64,000 nt of DNA from a bacterium (GCA_022711315.1 JAKLFG010000003.1:23890-87889); one strand, 5' to 3'. Shown: positions 38,693-49,433, counted from the first letter of the stretch. Made by a program: numbers and translations. The notes: generated by a model from the letters alone, not told the origin.

Positions 38693-40225
38693 ATGCATCG
38701 GATACTCGTTCTCGATTTCGGTTCGCAGTACAACCAACTCATAGCCCGCCGCATCCGCGAGATGCATGTCTACTGCGAACTCCACCCCTACTCGGTCGGC
38801 ATCGACTTCATCCGCAAGTTCGCGCCGCAGGGCATCATCTTCTCGGGCGGCCCCAGTTCGGTCACCGATCCGGGCGCTCCCGATGTTCCCCAAGAACTGT
38901 TCGACCTCGGCATACCGATACTCGGTATCTGCTACGGCATGCAGTTGACCGCGCACAAACTTGGAGGGAAACTGGGCAGCGGCCATGCCCGAGAATACGG
39001 CCGGGCAACGATCGAGGTGACCGCCCCCGATTCGCCGCTCCTGCGCGGCGTGTCGGCAAAGACGCAGGTCTGGATGAGCCACGGCGACCATGTGGCGACC
39101 CTGCCTGCCGGCTTCCACCCCATCGCAAGGACCGATTCGATCCCGTTCGGGGCCGCCGGTAACGACGAGCGCCGGATATACCTCGTGCAGTTCCACCCGG
39201 AGGTGAAACACACGCTCGAAGGGACCCGGATACTCTCAAACTTCCTGTTCGATATCTGCAAGGTCACGGCCGACTGGCGGATGGAGAACTTCATCGAGAC
39301 GAGCGTCGAGAAGATCCGCGCGGCGGTCGGGAACAAAAAGGTCATCCTCGGGCTGTCGGGCGGCGTCGACTCGTCGGTCGCGGCGGCCCTGCTGGGTAAA
39401 GCCATCGGTCACCAACTGACCGCGATATTCGTCGATAACGGCCTCCTCCGCCGCCATGAACGGGACGAGGTCGAGAAGAACTTCAAGGATGTCGTCAACC
39501 TCGCCGTGGTCGATGCGGCCGACACCTTCCTCTCGCGGCTCAAGGGGGTCGAAGAGCCGGAGAAGAAACGCAAGATCATCGGCAACACCTTCATAGAGGT
39601 CTTCGACGCCGAGGCGGCGAAGATAGCGGGGGCCGACTTCCTTGCGCAGGGGACGATATACCCCGATGTCATCGAGTCCTCCTCAAAGATGAACGGCCCC
39701 TCGACCACGATAAAGACGCACCACAATGTCGGCGGACTCCCCGACCGGATGAAATTGAAACTGATAGAGCCGCTCCGCGACCTGTTCAAGGACGAGGTCC
39801 GCGAACTGGGGCTGAAACTCGGTCTTCCGCCCGAAAATGTCTTCCGTCACCCCTTCCCCGGCCCGGGGCTCGCGGTGCGGGTCCTCGGCGAGGTGACCAA
39901 GGAGCGATGCGACATCCTGCGCCAGGCCGACCACATCTATATTCAGGAGATACGCGCCGCCGGGCTCTACGGCGACATCGCACAGGCCTTCGCCGTGCTT
40001 CTGCCGGTGAAGACCGTCGGCGTCATGGGCGACTGCCGCACCTACGAACATGTGCTGGCTCTCCGCGCCGTCAAGACCGATGATTTCATGACGGCCGATT
40101 GGTACGATTTCCCTCACGACTTCCTCAAAAAGGTCTCGTCGCGCATCATCAACGAAGTGAAGCGGGTGAACCGGGTGGTCTACGACATCAGTTCGAAACC
40201 GCCCGCCACGATAGAGTGGGAGTAA
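38693..40225 (+). CDS. guaA: GMP synthase (glutamine-hydrolysing)
   Basis: N-terminal GATase domain [26 protein letters not shown]-PPase motif SGGVDSSV. C-terminus ...IEWE. Confidence 0.95.
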   Translation: MHRILVLDFGSQYNQLIARRIREMHVYCELHPYSVGIDFIRKFAPQGIIFSGGPSSVTDPGAPDVPQELFDLGIPILGICYGMQLTAHKLGGKLGSGHAREYGRATIEVTAPDSPLLRGVSAKTQVWMSHGDHVATLPAGFHPIARTDSIPFGAAGNDERRIYLVQFHPEVKHTLEGTRILSNFLFDICKVTADWRMENFIETSVEKIRAAVGNKKVILGLSGGVDSSVAAALLGKAIGHQLTAIFVDNGLLRRHERDEVEKNFKDVVNLAVVDAADTFLSRLKGVEEPEKKRKIIGNTFIEVFDAEAAKIAGADFLAQGTIYPDVIESSSKMNGPSTTIKTHHNVGGLPDRMKLKLIEPLRDLFKDEVRELGLKLGLPPENVFRHPFPGPGLAVRVLGEVTKERCDILRQADHIYIQEIRAAGLYGDIAQAFAVLLPVKTVGVMGDCRTYEHVLALRAVKTDDFMTADWYDFPHDFLKKVSSRIINEVKRVNRVVYDISSKPPATIEWE

Positions 40226-40239
40226 GGGAGTAAGGCATC

Positions 40240-43200
40240 ATGGGCAAGATCATCATCGAAGGCGACAACTCGCTCGAGAACATGGAGATACGGCTCGACC
40301 ATCTCCTGTTCGGTGAGAAGGAGATGGAGCAGGAGAAGAACGATTTCCTCTCGTTCGAGGACCTGCTCGACGAGCGGTACCGCGATTTCCCCGCCTACCT
40401 CATCTCCATCGGGCAACTCGCCAAAGCATCTTCCCTCATCAAGGGGCAGGACGAGGTCGAGATCTTCTTTCTCATGATACTCGCCGGCGACGAGAAGACG
40501 CTCGTGCTCCGGACGCTCGAAAAGAACCGTGAGGCGCTCGGCGAGGTGTTCTATCAGGAGATGCTCTGTCTCGCCTTCCTGTCGGCCGACACCGAGGAAC
40601 GCAAAGGCATCATGGCAAGCATCCTGCAGGTGCCCCAGATACTCCGTACCCCGCTCGCCACGCTCATCGTCGCCCGTTTCTCCGATGAACCGCAGAGCAT
40701 CGCCCCCGGCGGCCCCCTCGAGCAGGAGGCGGCACTGTTCCTCGAAGCGCTCAAGTCGGAACAGGCCGACAACATCGAAAAGGCCTTTTCCGACCTGCTC
40801 GCGCTCTTCATCCGGGCCAATCATCCCCGTTTCCTGTTCGAATACCTCCGCTCCATGGTCCTGCGCTACGACACGATAGCGCCCGGCTCGGTGCGACAGT
40901 TCGTCGAAACGGTGCTCCGGAGCCCGCTCGCCGTCTCGTTCGCCTCGATGAAATTGCTCGAATTCCTGTACTACTGGCGCAACAACCTTCTCGACGAGAG
41001 CGAGGAGACGGTGACGCAACTGGCCGAGGCGACCGACTCGCTGTTCGTCCTCAACGCGATCGCTCCGCTCCTCTATAAACACGGCAAATGGCATCTGCTC
41101 GGCAAGTTCTACAAACTGGTCTCACGCAAGACCACCGGCAAGACGCGCATCAGGTATCTCGAACTGCTCGCCGACATCTACGAGCACAAACTCAAAATGC
41201 CCGAGTTCGCCACCGAGATACACAAGAACATCGTCGAGGAGGACCCGGCCTCCTGTTCCATCAGTCTCTCGCTCGTGCTCTCCATCTACGAGGAAAATCG
41301 CCAGTGGGACGACCTCGTCAACCTGTACCGGTACCTCGCCGAGCGCGAGAAGGAGCCGCGGCTCGCCGCCTATTACCTGTTCCGCGGCGGAGAGATACTG
41401 TTCCGTGAACTCAACCGGCCGCTCGACGCCCGCCCCCATCTCGAACACAGTCTCGCGCTCAACAGATCCTTCGAGATCATCCGGCTCCTGTCCGAACTTT
41501 ACCTGCGCCTGCAGGACTATGACGCCTACATCGCGAACCTCGAACGGGAACTCGACTATGTCGGCAGCGATGCGGAACGGATAGCGCTCCATGAACGGAT
41601 CGCCGACGCCCTCATCACCTTCAAGCGGGCATACACCGCCGCCGAGAGCCATCTCGACGCGATACTGGTGCTCCGACCCGACCGCATCGACACCGTCAAA
41701 AAACTCGGCAAGATATACTACACGACCCGCAACTGGGAGAAACTCGTCGAGATAAACGAACGCGAGGTGTCGCTGTCCGAGAACACGACCGATATCGTGA
41801 ATCTCCTCTACAAGAATGCGACCATCTACTGCAACGAACTGCACGACGATGAGAAAGCGGAGCGCTCCTTCTTCCAGATACTTGCCATCGTGGAACATCA
41901 TATCCCCAGCCTGCTGTATCTGGAGAAGATCTATCTGCGCCGGAACGACCCCAGCGAGATAACATCCATATACCATCGGCTCCTGCAGTCGGCCACCACC
42001 GACTCCGACACCAAGGAATTCTACCTGACGCGGCTCGCCATCATCTACCGGGAACAGGGCGATCTCCGGCAGGCGATCGATACATTCCGGCTCGTGGAGC
42101 ACCTATACCCTGACAGCACGGTGGCGCGGGAGAATCTCCGGCTCCTCTCCGAAGAGGTCGAGTTCCGTGAATTCACGCTCGACGAGTTCGACAATGGCGA
42201 ACTCGCCACGCTGCTCGCCATCGTGAACGACCACGGCAAAAGAGGCAAGACCCCGCCACGCTGGGAATCGTCGACCCCCGACCTCTACCGCTACCTCTGG
42301 GAACAGGCAACGCATGCGACCGTCGAGTTCACCGACGAACAGATGGCGCCGCCCGAGCGTTTCCTTCGGCAGATACTTGAAGGCCGCCCCACGATAGACC
42401 TGCTCACGAAATACGCCGACCGACCGGCGCTCCTCACCCTGCTCGCCCAGCGATATCTCGAAAAAGGCTATCGGCAGGGCATCTACACCATCCTCGCCTA
42501 CTATCTCAAACTCAATCCGGAACTCAAGCGGACCTTCTGGGGCATCTTCTTCATGGGGCGCGACCATCCGGAACTCAAGACCAAACTGGAGGCGGTGCTG
42601 GTGACCGAGAAGGACACCGCTTCCTTCGAGATCGCCCTCAATCTCATCGAGAAGATATATCTGATCGAAAAGCAGTATAAGACGATACTGTTCCTGCGCA
42701 CGCTCTTCATCAAGAAACTCAAGGACCCGGCCCACCAGTGTCGCGTCATAGACGAAACGATAACGCTCCTATCGGGGCTCATCGAACCGGCGGAACTGCT
42801 CGATCTCTACCGCCTGCGCTACCGGCTCTCGGAGGGCACCGATCGCGACGGGTTCCTCATATCCTACCGCGATCTGCTCCTTTCGCTGAATATGCGCGAC
42901 ACCCTTGCTCAACTGTACGAGGAGAAGTGGCAGAAGGATCATGCGCTCACCGACGGCGGTTATCTGTTCGATCTCTACGCCGTCAAGCGTGACGCGGAGC
43001 GGGCGGTCTCTTTGGCCCACGAGATATTCGACCGGTACCCCGATGCCGTCCACCTGCTCGACCGGCTCATAGACCTGTACGAGATACTGCACCGGCCGCA
43101 GGAGGCGAACGAGGCGCTCAACCGTTATTTCTCCGACCCTTCGCGGCCCGCGCTCGGACGCACCGCCGCTCTGCGACTCATACAATCGCACCTCCGCACC

Positions 43201-44568
43201 AACAACATCGCCGAGGCGGTCAGCCTCTTCCCGGCCATCCCCTTCCCGAATGAACAGGAGCGGATCGCCGCCGGCATGGATCTCGCCGAAAACCTCCTGC
43301 AAAAGGGCCAACGATCGTTCGCGGCCCAGATGCTCCGCCCCCTGAACCCGACCTCGGAGACCGAGGCGCTCCGCAAGGTCTCGATCCTCTTCTCCTGCGG
43401 CGAACCGCCGACCAGCGAAGATCTCACGCACATCCCCCGCTATGAACAGGTCCAACAGCTTGCCGAGAGTTACCGCAACAATCCCGCCGGCGCCCTGTTC
43501 ATCCTGCGGCACTATGCCCGCAAAAAAGACCTCACGGCGGTCGAGACCCTGCTCCATCTCCTGATAGACGAGCAACGGACCGACGAGGCCGAAACGCTTT
43601 CCGCCGAGATACGCGGCGGCAACGCCGGGGCGTCGGACATCGTACAGTCGCTTATCCTGCGCGTCGAAAAACGGAACGCCGAGGAAAAGGACCTCCTGCG
43701 CCGCATCCTGCTCCCCGAGATATCCCGCGGCAACCCCTATCCCGCGTTGCGTCTCATGGAGACGGCCGGCGCCGACAATCACCGCGCCCGCCTGTTCCTC
43801 CAGAATCTGCTCGCCGCGCTCAGCGTGCCGGGGTATCGCCCCGCCGAACAGGAATGGCAGCGACTGTCGGCCTTGCGCGAAGAACTCATCCTCGCCCAGG
43901 CGAATTTCCGGCCGATCGACGGCAAACTTCGTTCGATCGCGCAACTGCTCGCACAGGCGCGGGTCGCCGAGCGGAAGGAAGAACGGCGATTCGAGCCGCT
44001 CACCTCCTCGTCGCACCGCGACATCCTCGCCCTGCTCGAAAAGCTCTCTCTCGCGCTGAGGATCGACCCCGCATCAGCATTCTTCGACCCGTCGCTCATC
44101 GGACCGCTCACCATCGGGCTCGCCAACCTGCCGGTGCTCGTATTCGGTAAAGGTGCGACCGTCGTCGACCGCAAGCGGTTGGCGTTCCTTATCGCAACGA
44201 ATCTTTTCCTGATAGGGAGCGGCGTCTTCGACGGCCATCAGGAAAAGGGAGTGACCGCGCTCACCGCGCGACTCGGCGAGATACTGGCCATGCCCGACAA
44301 GGCCCGCGCCGCCTTTGTCCGCACACTGAAAAAGAAACAGCAACCCGACATAACCGCCGCGCTCGCCGAGCTGGAGGGGACCTCAGAACAGGATATCGCT
44401 ACCTTCGGCGAACGCCTCCACCTCGCCTCATTGCTCTACGCCTTCTCGGTGATACCGGACATCGGCGTGGTGTTCGCCCTGAACGGCGAGTCAAAGGGCA
44501 ATCTTGACGCATCCTCTTCGCGATCCGCACAGATGTTCGATTTCGCCCTCAACGCTTTTCTCGGATAA
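40240..44568 (+). CDS. Giant (1442 aa) cytoplasmic TPR-like repeat protein of unknown function
   Basis: No signal peptide. Many helical repeat segments with TPR-like periodicity (YLRLQDYDAYIANLERE, KLGKIYYTTRNWEKLVEINE). Confidence 0.6.
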   Translation: MGKIIIEGDNSLENMEIRLDHLLFGEKEMEQEKNDFLSFEDLLDERYRDFPAYLISIGQLAKASSLIKGQDEVEIFFLMILAGDEKTLVLRTLEKNREALGEVFYQEMLCLAFLSADTEERKGIMASILQVPQILRTPLATLIVARFSDEPQSIAPGGPLEQEAALFLEALKSEQADNIEKAFSDLLALFIRANHPRFLFEYLRSMVLRYDTIAPGSVRQFVETVLRSPLAVSFASMKLLEFLYYWRNNLLDESEETVTQLAEATDSLFVLNAIAPLLYKHGKWHLLGKFYKLVSRKTTGKTRIRYLELLADIYEHKLKMPEFATEIHKNIVEEDPASCSISLSLVLSIYEENRQWDDLVNLYRYLAEREKEPRLAAYYLFRGGEILFRELNRPLDARPHLEHSLALNRSFEIIRLLSELYLRLQDYDAYIANLERELDYVGSDAERIALHERIADALITFKRAYTAAESHLDAILVLRPDRIDTVKKLGKIYYTTRNWEKLVEINEREVSLSENTTDIVNLLYKNATIYCNELHDDEKAERSFFQILAIVEHHIPSLLYLEKIYLRRNDPSEITSIYHRLLQSATTDSDTKEFYLTRLAIIYREQGDLRQAIDTFRLVEHLYPDSTVARENLRLLSEEVEFREFTLDEFDNGELATLLAIVNDHGKRGKTPPRWESSTPDLYRYLWEQATHATVEFTDEQMAPPERFLRQILEGRPTIDLLTKYADRPALLTLLAQRYLEKGYRQGIYTILAYYLKLNPELKRTFWGIFFMGRDHPELKTKLEAVLVTEKDTASFEIALNLIEKIYLIEKQYKTILFLRTLFIKKLKDPAHQCRVIDETITLLSGLIEPAELLDLYRLRYRLSEGTDRDGFLISYRDLLLSLNMRDTLAQLYEEKWQKDHALTDGGYLFDLYAVKRDAERAVSLAHEIFDRYPDAVHLLDRLIDLYEILHRPQEANEALNRYFSDPSRPALGRTAALRLIQSHLRTNNIAEAVSLFPAIPFPNEQERIAAGMDLAENLLQKGQRSFAAQMLRPLNPTSETEALRKVSILFSCGEPPTSEDLTHIPRYEQVQQLAESYRNNPAGALFILRHYARKKDLTAVETLLHLLIDEQRTDEAETLSAEIRGGNAGASDIVQSLILRVEKRNAEEKDLLRRILLPEISRGNPYPALRLMETAGADNHRARLFLQNLLAALSVPGYRPAEQEWQRLSALREELILAQANFRPIDGKLRSIAQLLAQARVAERKEERRFEPLTSSSHRDILALLEKLSLALRIDPASAFFDPSLIGPLTIGLANLPVLVFGKGATVVDRKRLAFLIATNLFLIGSGVFDGHQEKGVTALTARLGEILAMPDKARAAFVRTLKKKQQPDITAALAELEGTSEQDIATFGERLHLASLLYAFSVIPDIGVVFALNGESKGNLDASSSRSAQMFDFALNAFLG

Positions 44569-44572
44569 CGCC

Positions 44573-45190
44573 ATGCAACGCATCCCCGTCCATCCCCACA
44601 CCCCGCACAAACGCGCCGTGGAGACCGTCGCCGCCGCGCTCGACGCGGACGGCGTCGCGCTCATCCCCGGCGACACATCCTATCTGCTCGCCGTGCGGAT
44701 CGGGAAAAAGGCCGCCATAGAGAAACTCGACCGCATCAAGGAGCGCAAGAAGAAATTCTACTCGGTGATGTTCCGCGACTTTTCGGAACTCGCCCGCTAC
44801 GCCGAGGTGACCGACCGACAGTTCGCCATGGTCAAACGCTTCCTCCCCGGCCCCTACACCTTCATCCTCAAGGCGAGCCGCGAGGTCCCCAAGATCATGC
44901 TTGAGAAACGCAAGGAGATCGGCATACGCATCCCCGACCTTCCCTTCATACGGGAACTCATCGCCGCGTGCGGAGAGCCGCTCATCGTCTCGACCGCCAA
45001 GGGCGCGAACGAAGAAGATGAGGGATTTTTCACCGACCCGGACAGCGACGCCCCGTCGTGGCTCCATCTGGTGGACATCATCGCCGACGCCGGGTATCAG
45101 CCGGCCGAGCTGACCAGCATCATCCGGCTGGAGAACGATCGCTACGAGATCATCCGCGCCGGCAAGGGATCGGTCGAGGAATTCTCATGA
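44573..45190 (+). CDS. YrdC/YciO/Sua5-family threonylcarbamoyl-AMP synthase-like protein
   Basis: Start at internal Met (MQRIPV...) right after the TPR gene stop. ALIPGDTSYLLAV motif. Confidence 0.7.
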   Translation: MQRIPVHPHTPHKRAVETVAAALDADGVALIPGDTSYLLAVRIGKKAAIEKLDRIKERKKKFYSVMFRDFSELARYAEVTDRQFAMVKRFLPGPYTFILKASREVPKIMLEKRKEIGIRIPDLPFIRELIAACGEPLIVSTAKGANEEDEGFFTDPDSDAPSWLHLVDIIADAGYQPAELTSIIRLENDRYEIIRAGKGSVEEFS

Positions 45191-45209
45191 TGCGTCCCGG
45201 AAGCGACCG

Positions 45210-46586
45210 ATGAAAAAGACCGTGTTCGACATCGGCCTGCTCGTCTACGGCGCCGCCGCCTATTTCGGCTATCTCGTCGTCGTCGTTTTCGTGCTCAAGG
45301 ACCGTTACGACATCGGACTCTATCTTTTTTCCGTCCCGTTCCTCTACGCCATATTCCGCGTACTCAGCGCCCGGATAAAGCGGGCGTCGCTCCTCACCGC
45401 GATCTATCTCGCGCTCCCCTTTTTCCTTTCGGTCTACCTGTCGCTGACGGGGCGACCGGCCGTCTGGGAGGTCACCGGGATACTGCCGGTCACCGCTCTT
45501 CTATCGTTCGCCTTGAGGTCAGAAAAGAGTTCGTCACCGCTTTTCACGAAACTGCTCTCCCCGGTGTGGACGCTCTTCTTCCTGCTCATACTGTCCCTGC
45601 CGGCCGTCAACTATCTCAACAACCGCGACCTGCCCCGTGCGCTCCAACTCCTCCTCTCCATCTACACCCCCGCCATCACCCTCTCCACGCTCGCGGTGTT
45701 CCTCCGTTTCGTCATAGAGACCGCGAGCCTCAATATGGCGCTCAACAATTTCCGACTGTTCATCCACGGCGCCCGCATCGACCGGGTGGTGTTCGATCCG
45801 GCCGACTTCCTTTCGCTCTCGCAGACGAGTCTTTCGGGCATCGTGACCGGCCCGACGATGTCGCGCGAACAGTTCCTGAAAAAGGTGGAACTGCTCAATC
45901 GCGAGTTCGTATCCGCCGAAGACGGCGTGGACGCCATGAAACGGGACGCGAAATTCAGCCGGACGCTCCCCGACGGCACCGAACTCACGCTCGCGCCGAT
46001 CGCCCTGCTTGTCCGCGAAGGTTTTCTCACCGACGGCCTGCCGCCGGCCCCCGAAGACCCGAAAAGGTCTTATGTGGCGCTGGCGGAAGGACGCCGCGTC
46101 ATCGGCTACTATGTGGTCGATCGCTTCGATCCCACCGCCAACCGGACGATGATAGATGTCCTGCGGGAGAAATATGCGGTGCCGGTGGTCATCGTGGGCG
46201 GCGAAGAACTGAAAAAGCGGTTCCCCGGCGCGCTCGTCGTCTCGCGACAAGAGGACATCACGCTCGACAACCGCGATCTGCTCGTCACGCAGGACCCGCC
46301 CGAGAAGAGCCCCGCCATCGTCATGGCGTGGGGCAAAAAGAATGTGGACGCCGGCGACATATTCCTCGCCGACCCCTCGCTCCTCAACATCATGCGGCTC
46401 GTGCTCGTGCTCGGCGGCGTCAGGGGACGCCTCTACCGCAGCATGGCCGTATCGTCGCTCCCCTTCCTGTTGCCCCTGTTCCTTTCGATATACCGGCTAC
46501 ATATCCCGCAGATCAACGCGGTCGCGGTCCTCATCATGATACTGCTCATCATGACGCAGACCTTCCGGAGCATGAAGGCGGAATAA
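45210..46586 (+). CDS. Integral membrane protein, unknown function (N-terminal TM helices plus soluble domain plus C-terminal TM)
   Basis: Hydrophobic segments. No recognisable motif. Confidence 0.5.
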   Translation: MKKTVFDIGLLVYGAAAYFGYLVVVVFVLKDRYDIGLYLFSVPFLYAIFRVLSARIKRASLLTAIYLALPFFLSVYLSLTGRPAVWEVTGILPVTALLSFALRSEKSSSPLFTKLLSPVWTLFFLLILSLPAVNYLNNRDLPRALQLLLSIYTPAITLSTLAVFLRFVIETASLNMALNNFRLFIHGARIDRVVFDPADFLSLSQTSLSGIVTGPTMSREQFLKKVELLNREFVSAEDGVDAMKRDAKFSRTLPDGTELTLAPIALLVREGFLTDGLPPAPEDPKRSYVALAEGRRVIGYYVVDRFDPTANRTMIDVLREKYAVPVVIVGGEELKKRFPGALVVSRQEDITLDNRDLLVTQDPPEKSPAIVMAWGKKNVDAGDIFLADPSLLNIMRLVLVLGGVRGRLYRSMAVSSLPFLLPLFLSIYRLHIPQINAVAVLIMILLIMTQTFRSMKAE

Positions 46587-46595
46587 TCTTATCCG

Positions 46596-46745
46596 CCGCC
46601 ATCCCGCCCTGTCACTGTAGGCCGTCCCGGACGAGACTGTGGTACAGTGTCGACAGGCCGGAAGCCGCAGCATTCATGCGAGGTAAGGGTTGGGTGGGTT
46701 TTATTAAAAACGGGAGATCACTTCGCGCACCGGAAGCCGAAGTAG
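46596..46745 (-). repeat. Copy 1 of a conserved ~150-bp 3'-end/3'-flank element (last codons FGFRCAK plus ~120 nt structured downstream region)
   Basis: About 90% identical by eye to 47889-48035. Contains an interrupted 12-bp inverted repeat (cctgtc-gac-actgta ... tacagtgacagg). Confidence 0.8.
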
Positions 46746-47653
46746 TCGGCGATGCTACCCTCGCCAACGTCGACGCGAGAGGACGCGCGCAAGTAGATCA
46801 AGTAGATGACAAGGTCGTGGCGCCACGACCCACCGCGCATCACGCGACCATCACCGGTTTCTGGCCCCGTGGGGTTGTTTGTAGGCGACGAAGTGTAGTA
46901 ATCCTCATCATACCGGTCGTTCACCCACTCCCAAACATTCCCTATCATGTCGTGGGCGCCGTAGGGCGATACGCCGTTCGGCTTGCTTCCTACCGGCATC
47001 GTGCCGTCGGTGCCACAACCCTCGCCGCCAGCATCGTCATCGTCCATGACGGCATAATCGCACGATACGGCCGGGGTATCACCCCACGGATATTTCCTGC
47101 CGTCGGTCCCTCTGGCCGCTTTTTCCCATTCCGCCTCGGTCGGTAGGCGACCGCCTATCCACTCGCAGTAGGCCTTCGCCCCGTACCAAGACAGGCAATT
47201 CATGGGATGATTGTCCCTATCGGGTGCCCCGAGGTTGCAATAGGGGATGTCGGTGTTTGTGTAATAGTGCGGTTCATTCTCGTTGCTATTATTGCAGGTG
47301 CCGTTGGTCACGCACTGCTGGTATTCACCGACGGTCACTTCGTATTTGCCGATCTTGTAGGCCGAGAGCGTCACTGCATGGTACGGGGATTCATCACCCT
47401 CGCATTGATCATCCACCGCCTCGTTACACCCCATCCAGAATTCACCGGCGGGGACTTCCACCATCTCCCCCGGCGTACCAGTGTTTCCCCCCGTGTCGGC
47501 ATCGGGCTGTTCCGTGTCGGGGATCGTTGAATCGTTGGTCACCGTATCGTTGATCACCGTGTCGGTGTCGGGCGTTTCGGTCCCGTCATCGCCACAGGAA
47601 ACGATGAAAAGAACCGCCATCATCACAAGAAGGCCGCTCAATATGCCTTTCAT
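46718..47653 (-). CDS. FGE-sulfatase (SUMF1/EgtB/PvdO-fold) domain lipoprotein, copy 1
   Basis: Lipobox ...LFIVSC. GNVWEWVND and RVMRGGSW motifs of PF03781-type domains. Confidence 0.75.
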   Translation of the reverse strand: MKGILSGLLVMMAVLFIVSCGDDGTETPDTDTVINDTVTNDSTIPDTEQPDADTGGNTGTPGEMVEVPAGEFWMGCNEAVDDQCEGDESPYHAVTLSAYKIGKYEVTVGEYQQCVTNGTCNNSNENEPHYYTNTDIPYCNLGAPDRDNHPMNCLSWYGAKAYCEWIGGRLPTEAEWEKAARGTDGRKYPWGDTPAVSCDYAVMDDDDAGGEGCGTDGTMPVGSKPNGVSPYGAHDMIGNVWEWVNDRYDEDYYTSSPTNNPTGPETGDGRVMRGGSWRHDLVIYLIYLRASSRVDVGEGSIADYFGFRCAK

Positions 47654-47888
47654 GCTTCTCCTCCTTCCGTCGGTTGATGAAAAACGCTATGAATCGATCG
47701 TTTGTTTTGAAGAAATATTTTTACAGACAGACAGCAATCGGTGTACCGTAATAACCCGTCAGAACAGGAAAAAATCATCGTTCGCCTCATAGAAGACAGC
47801 GGAATTATAACAAGCGGAGATGAAAAGACAAGAAAAGGTAGGATCGCACAAACCCCCTCATTCCCCCTTGACAGAGAGAGGGGGACGA

Positions 47889-48035
47889 CCGCCATCCCGC
47901 CCTGTCACTGCAGGCCGTCCCGGACGAGACTGTGGTACAGTGTCGACAGGCCGGAAGCCGCAGCATTCATGCAAGGTAAGGGCAGGGAGGATTTTACAAA
48001 CGGGAGATCACTTCGCGCACCGGAAGCCGTAGTGG
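47889..48035 (-). repeat. Copy 2 of the conserved 3'-end/3'-flank element
   Basis: See copy 1. Confidence 0.8.
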
Positions 48036-48994
48036 GGACCGTAACTGTCCGGGCTAGCATAACTGCGGTAGGACGATCGCATATCGAAGCCGTCGCTATA
48101 GGCATACCACGATCCGCCGCGCAACACGCGGACAACACCCGTTTCTGGCCCTGCGGGGTTGTCTGTAGGCGATGAGGCATAGTAATTCCACGCATACCAG
48201 TCGTTCACCATCTCCCATACATTGCCCGCCATGTCATAGGCACCGTAGGGGCTTTTGCCTGCCTCCTTGCTTCCTATCGGCATGGTTCCGTCTCTACTGC
48301 ATCCATCCTCAGTTATGACCGCGTAATCGCAGGTCACGTCTTCGTTGCCCCACGGGTACTTTCTACCGTCGGTGCCCCGCGCCGCCTTTTCCCATTCCGC
48401 CTCGGTCGGCAATCTGCCGCCTATCCATTCGCAGTAGGCCTTCGCGCCGTACCATGTCACGCATTGCATCGGGTGATTCCCTTTTTCTTCCGCACCGAGG
48501 TTGCAATCGGATTCGTCGGTGTTTGTATAGTGGTGCGGTTCGTTCTCGTTACTGTTGTTGCACGCACCATTAGTCACGCACTGCTGGTACTCACTGACGG
48601 TCACCTCGTACTTGCCGATCTGGTAGGCCGAGAGCGTTACCGCGTGATAGGGAGATTCATCATCTTCATCATCTTCGCCGCATTGATTATCCACCGCCTC
48701 GTTGCATCCCATCTGGAATTCTCCGGCGGGGACTTCCACCATCTCCGGCGGGGTGCCGGTCCCGTAGTCAACATCGGGCTGTTCGGTGTCGGTCACGGCT
48801 GTGTCCTTGTCGGGCGTCTCGGTCGGATCAACGCACACATTCGACAGACACACGAGGTCGCCGTCGCAGGTGCCGTTCCCGTAACAGTCGCCCCCTTTCG
48901 ACCCCATCGCCGGTTCTTTCGTCCCGTCCTCGCCGCAGGCAACGACGAAAAGAACCGCCATCATCACAAGAAGGCCTCTCAAGATGCCTTTCAT
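48008..48994 (-). CDS. FGE-sulfatase domain lipoprotein, copy 2 (paralogue with extra Cys-rich N-segment)
   Basis: Lipobox ...LFVVAC. Same GNVWEMVND and RVLRGGSW motifs. N-terminal signal region nearly identical to the 46718 and 50189 genes. Confidence 0.75.
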   Translation of the reverse strand: MKGILRGLLVMMAVLFVVACGEDGTKEPAMGSKGGDCYGNGTCDGDLVCLSNVCVDPTETPDKDTAVTDTEQPDVDYGTGTPPEMVEVPAGEFQMGCNEAVDNQCGEDDEDDESPYHAVTLSAYQIGKYEVTVSEYQQCVTNGACNNSNENEPHHYTNTDESDCNLGAEEKGNHPMQCVTWYGAKAYCEWIGGRLPTEAEWEKAARGTDGRKYPWGNEDVTCDYAVITEDGCSRDGTMPIGSKEAGKSPYGAYDMAGNVWEMVNDWYAWNYYASSPTDNPAGPETGVVRVLRGGSWYAYSDGFDMRSSYRSYASPDSYGPHYGFRCAK

Positions 48995-49070
48995 ACTTCT
49001 CCTCCTTCCATCGGTTAAGATCTTACAGGGAACAGGGTATTGTAGCGGAGCAAAGGGGACAAAGGGACGC

Positions 49071-49433
49071 TCACAAACAATAAGGGTTGTTCATATAACA
49101 AAGTTCCATGTCGGATTCCTCGTCAAGATCGCAACCCAACGATCTCACACAATTAACAAACCCTTTTGCTTTTCCGGCATTAAAACTCCCCTCACCGAAG
49201 CACGGATACCCTTCTTCGCTGGTATTGGTTTCCCAACAATCCTGTTTGCATTCCTCCATGCCGGAAGGATACTCCGAGTCAAACTCATCGGTTCGACAGG
49301 TTTGCGCCCACGGACAGATCGTAGCGCAATAATCTGTTACAAAACTCTCCCCTGAGTAGTCGTCCTTGTCGCAGGAAACAAATGCGAACGAGAGGAAAAG
49401 AAGCAGAACGAGGGCATATCTCTGTGGCTTCAT
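49071..49433 (-). CDS. Small Cys-rich secreted lipoprotein (about 120 aa)
   Basis: Start at internal Met MKPQRYALVLLLFLSFAFVSC (lipobox). 10 Cys in the mature part. Confidence 0.5.
   Translation of the reverse strand: MKPQRYALVLLLFLSFAFVSCDKDDYSGESFVTDYCATICPWAQTCRTDEFDSEYPSGMEECKQDCWETNTSEEGYPCFGEGSFNAGKAKGFVNCVRSLGCDLDEESDMELCYMNNPYCL

Noticed and set aside
46718-48994. Interpreting the FGE-sulfatase lipoproteins as GldK/GldJ/PorK of a type IX secretion or gliding system
   Set aside because: No PorL/PorM/PorN/SprA-like genes nearby and no T9SS C-terminal domains on the neighbouring secreted proteins. The fold alone is widespread in Myxococcota-like genomes.
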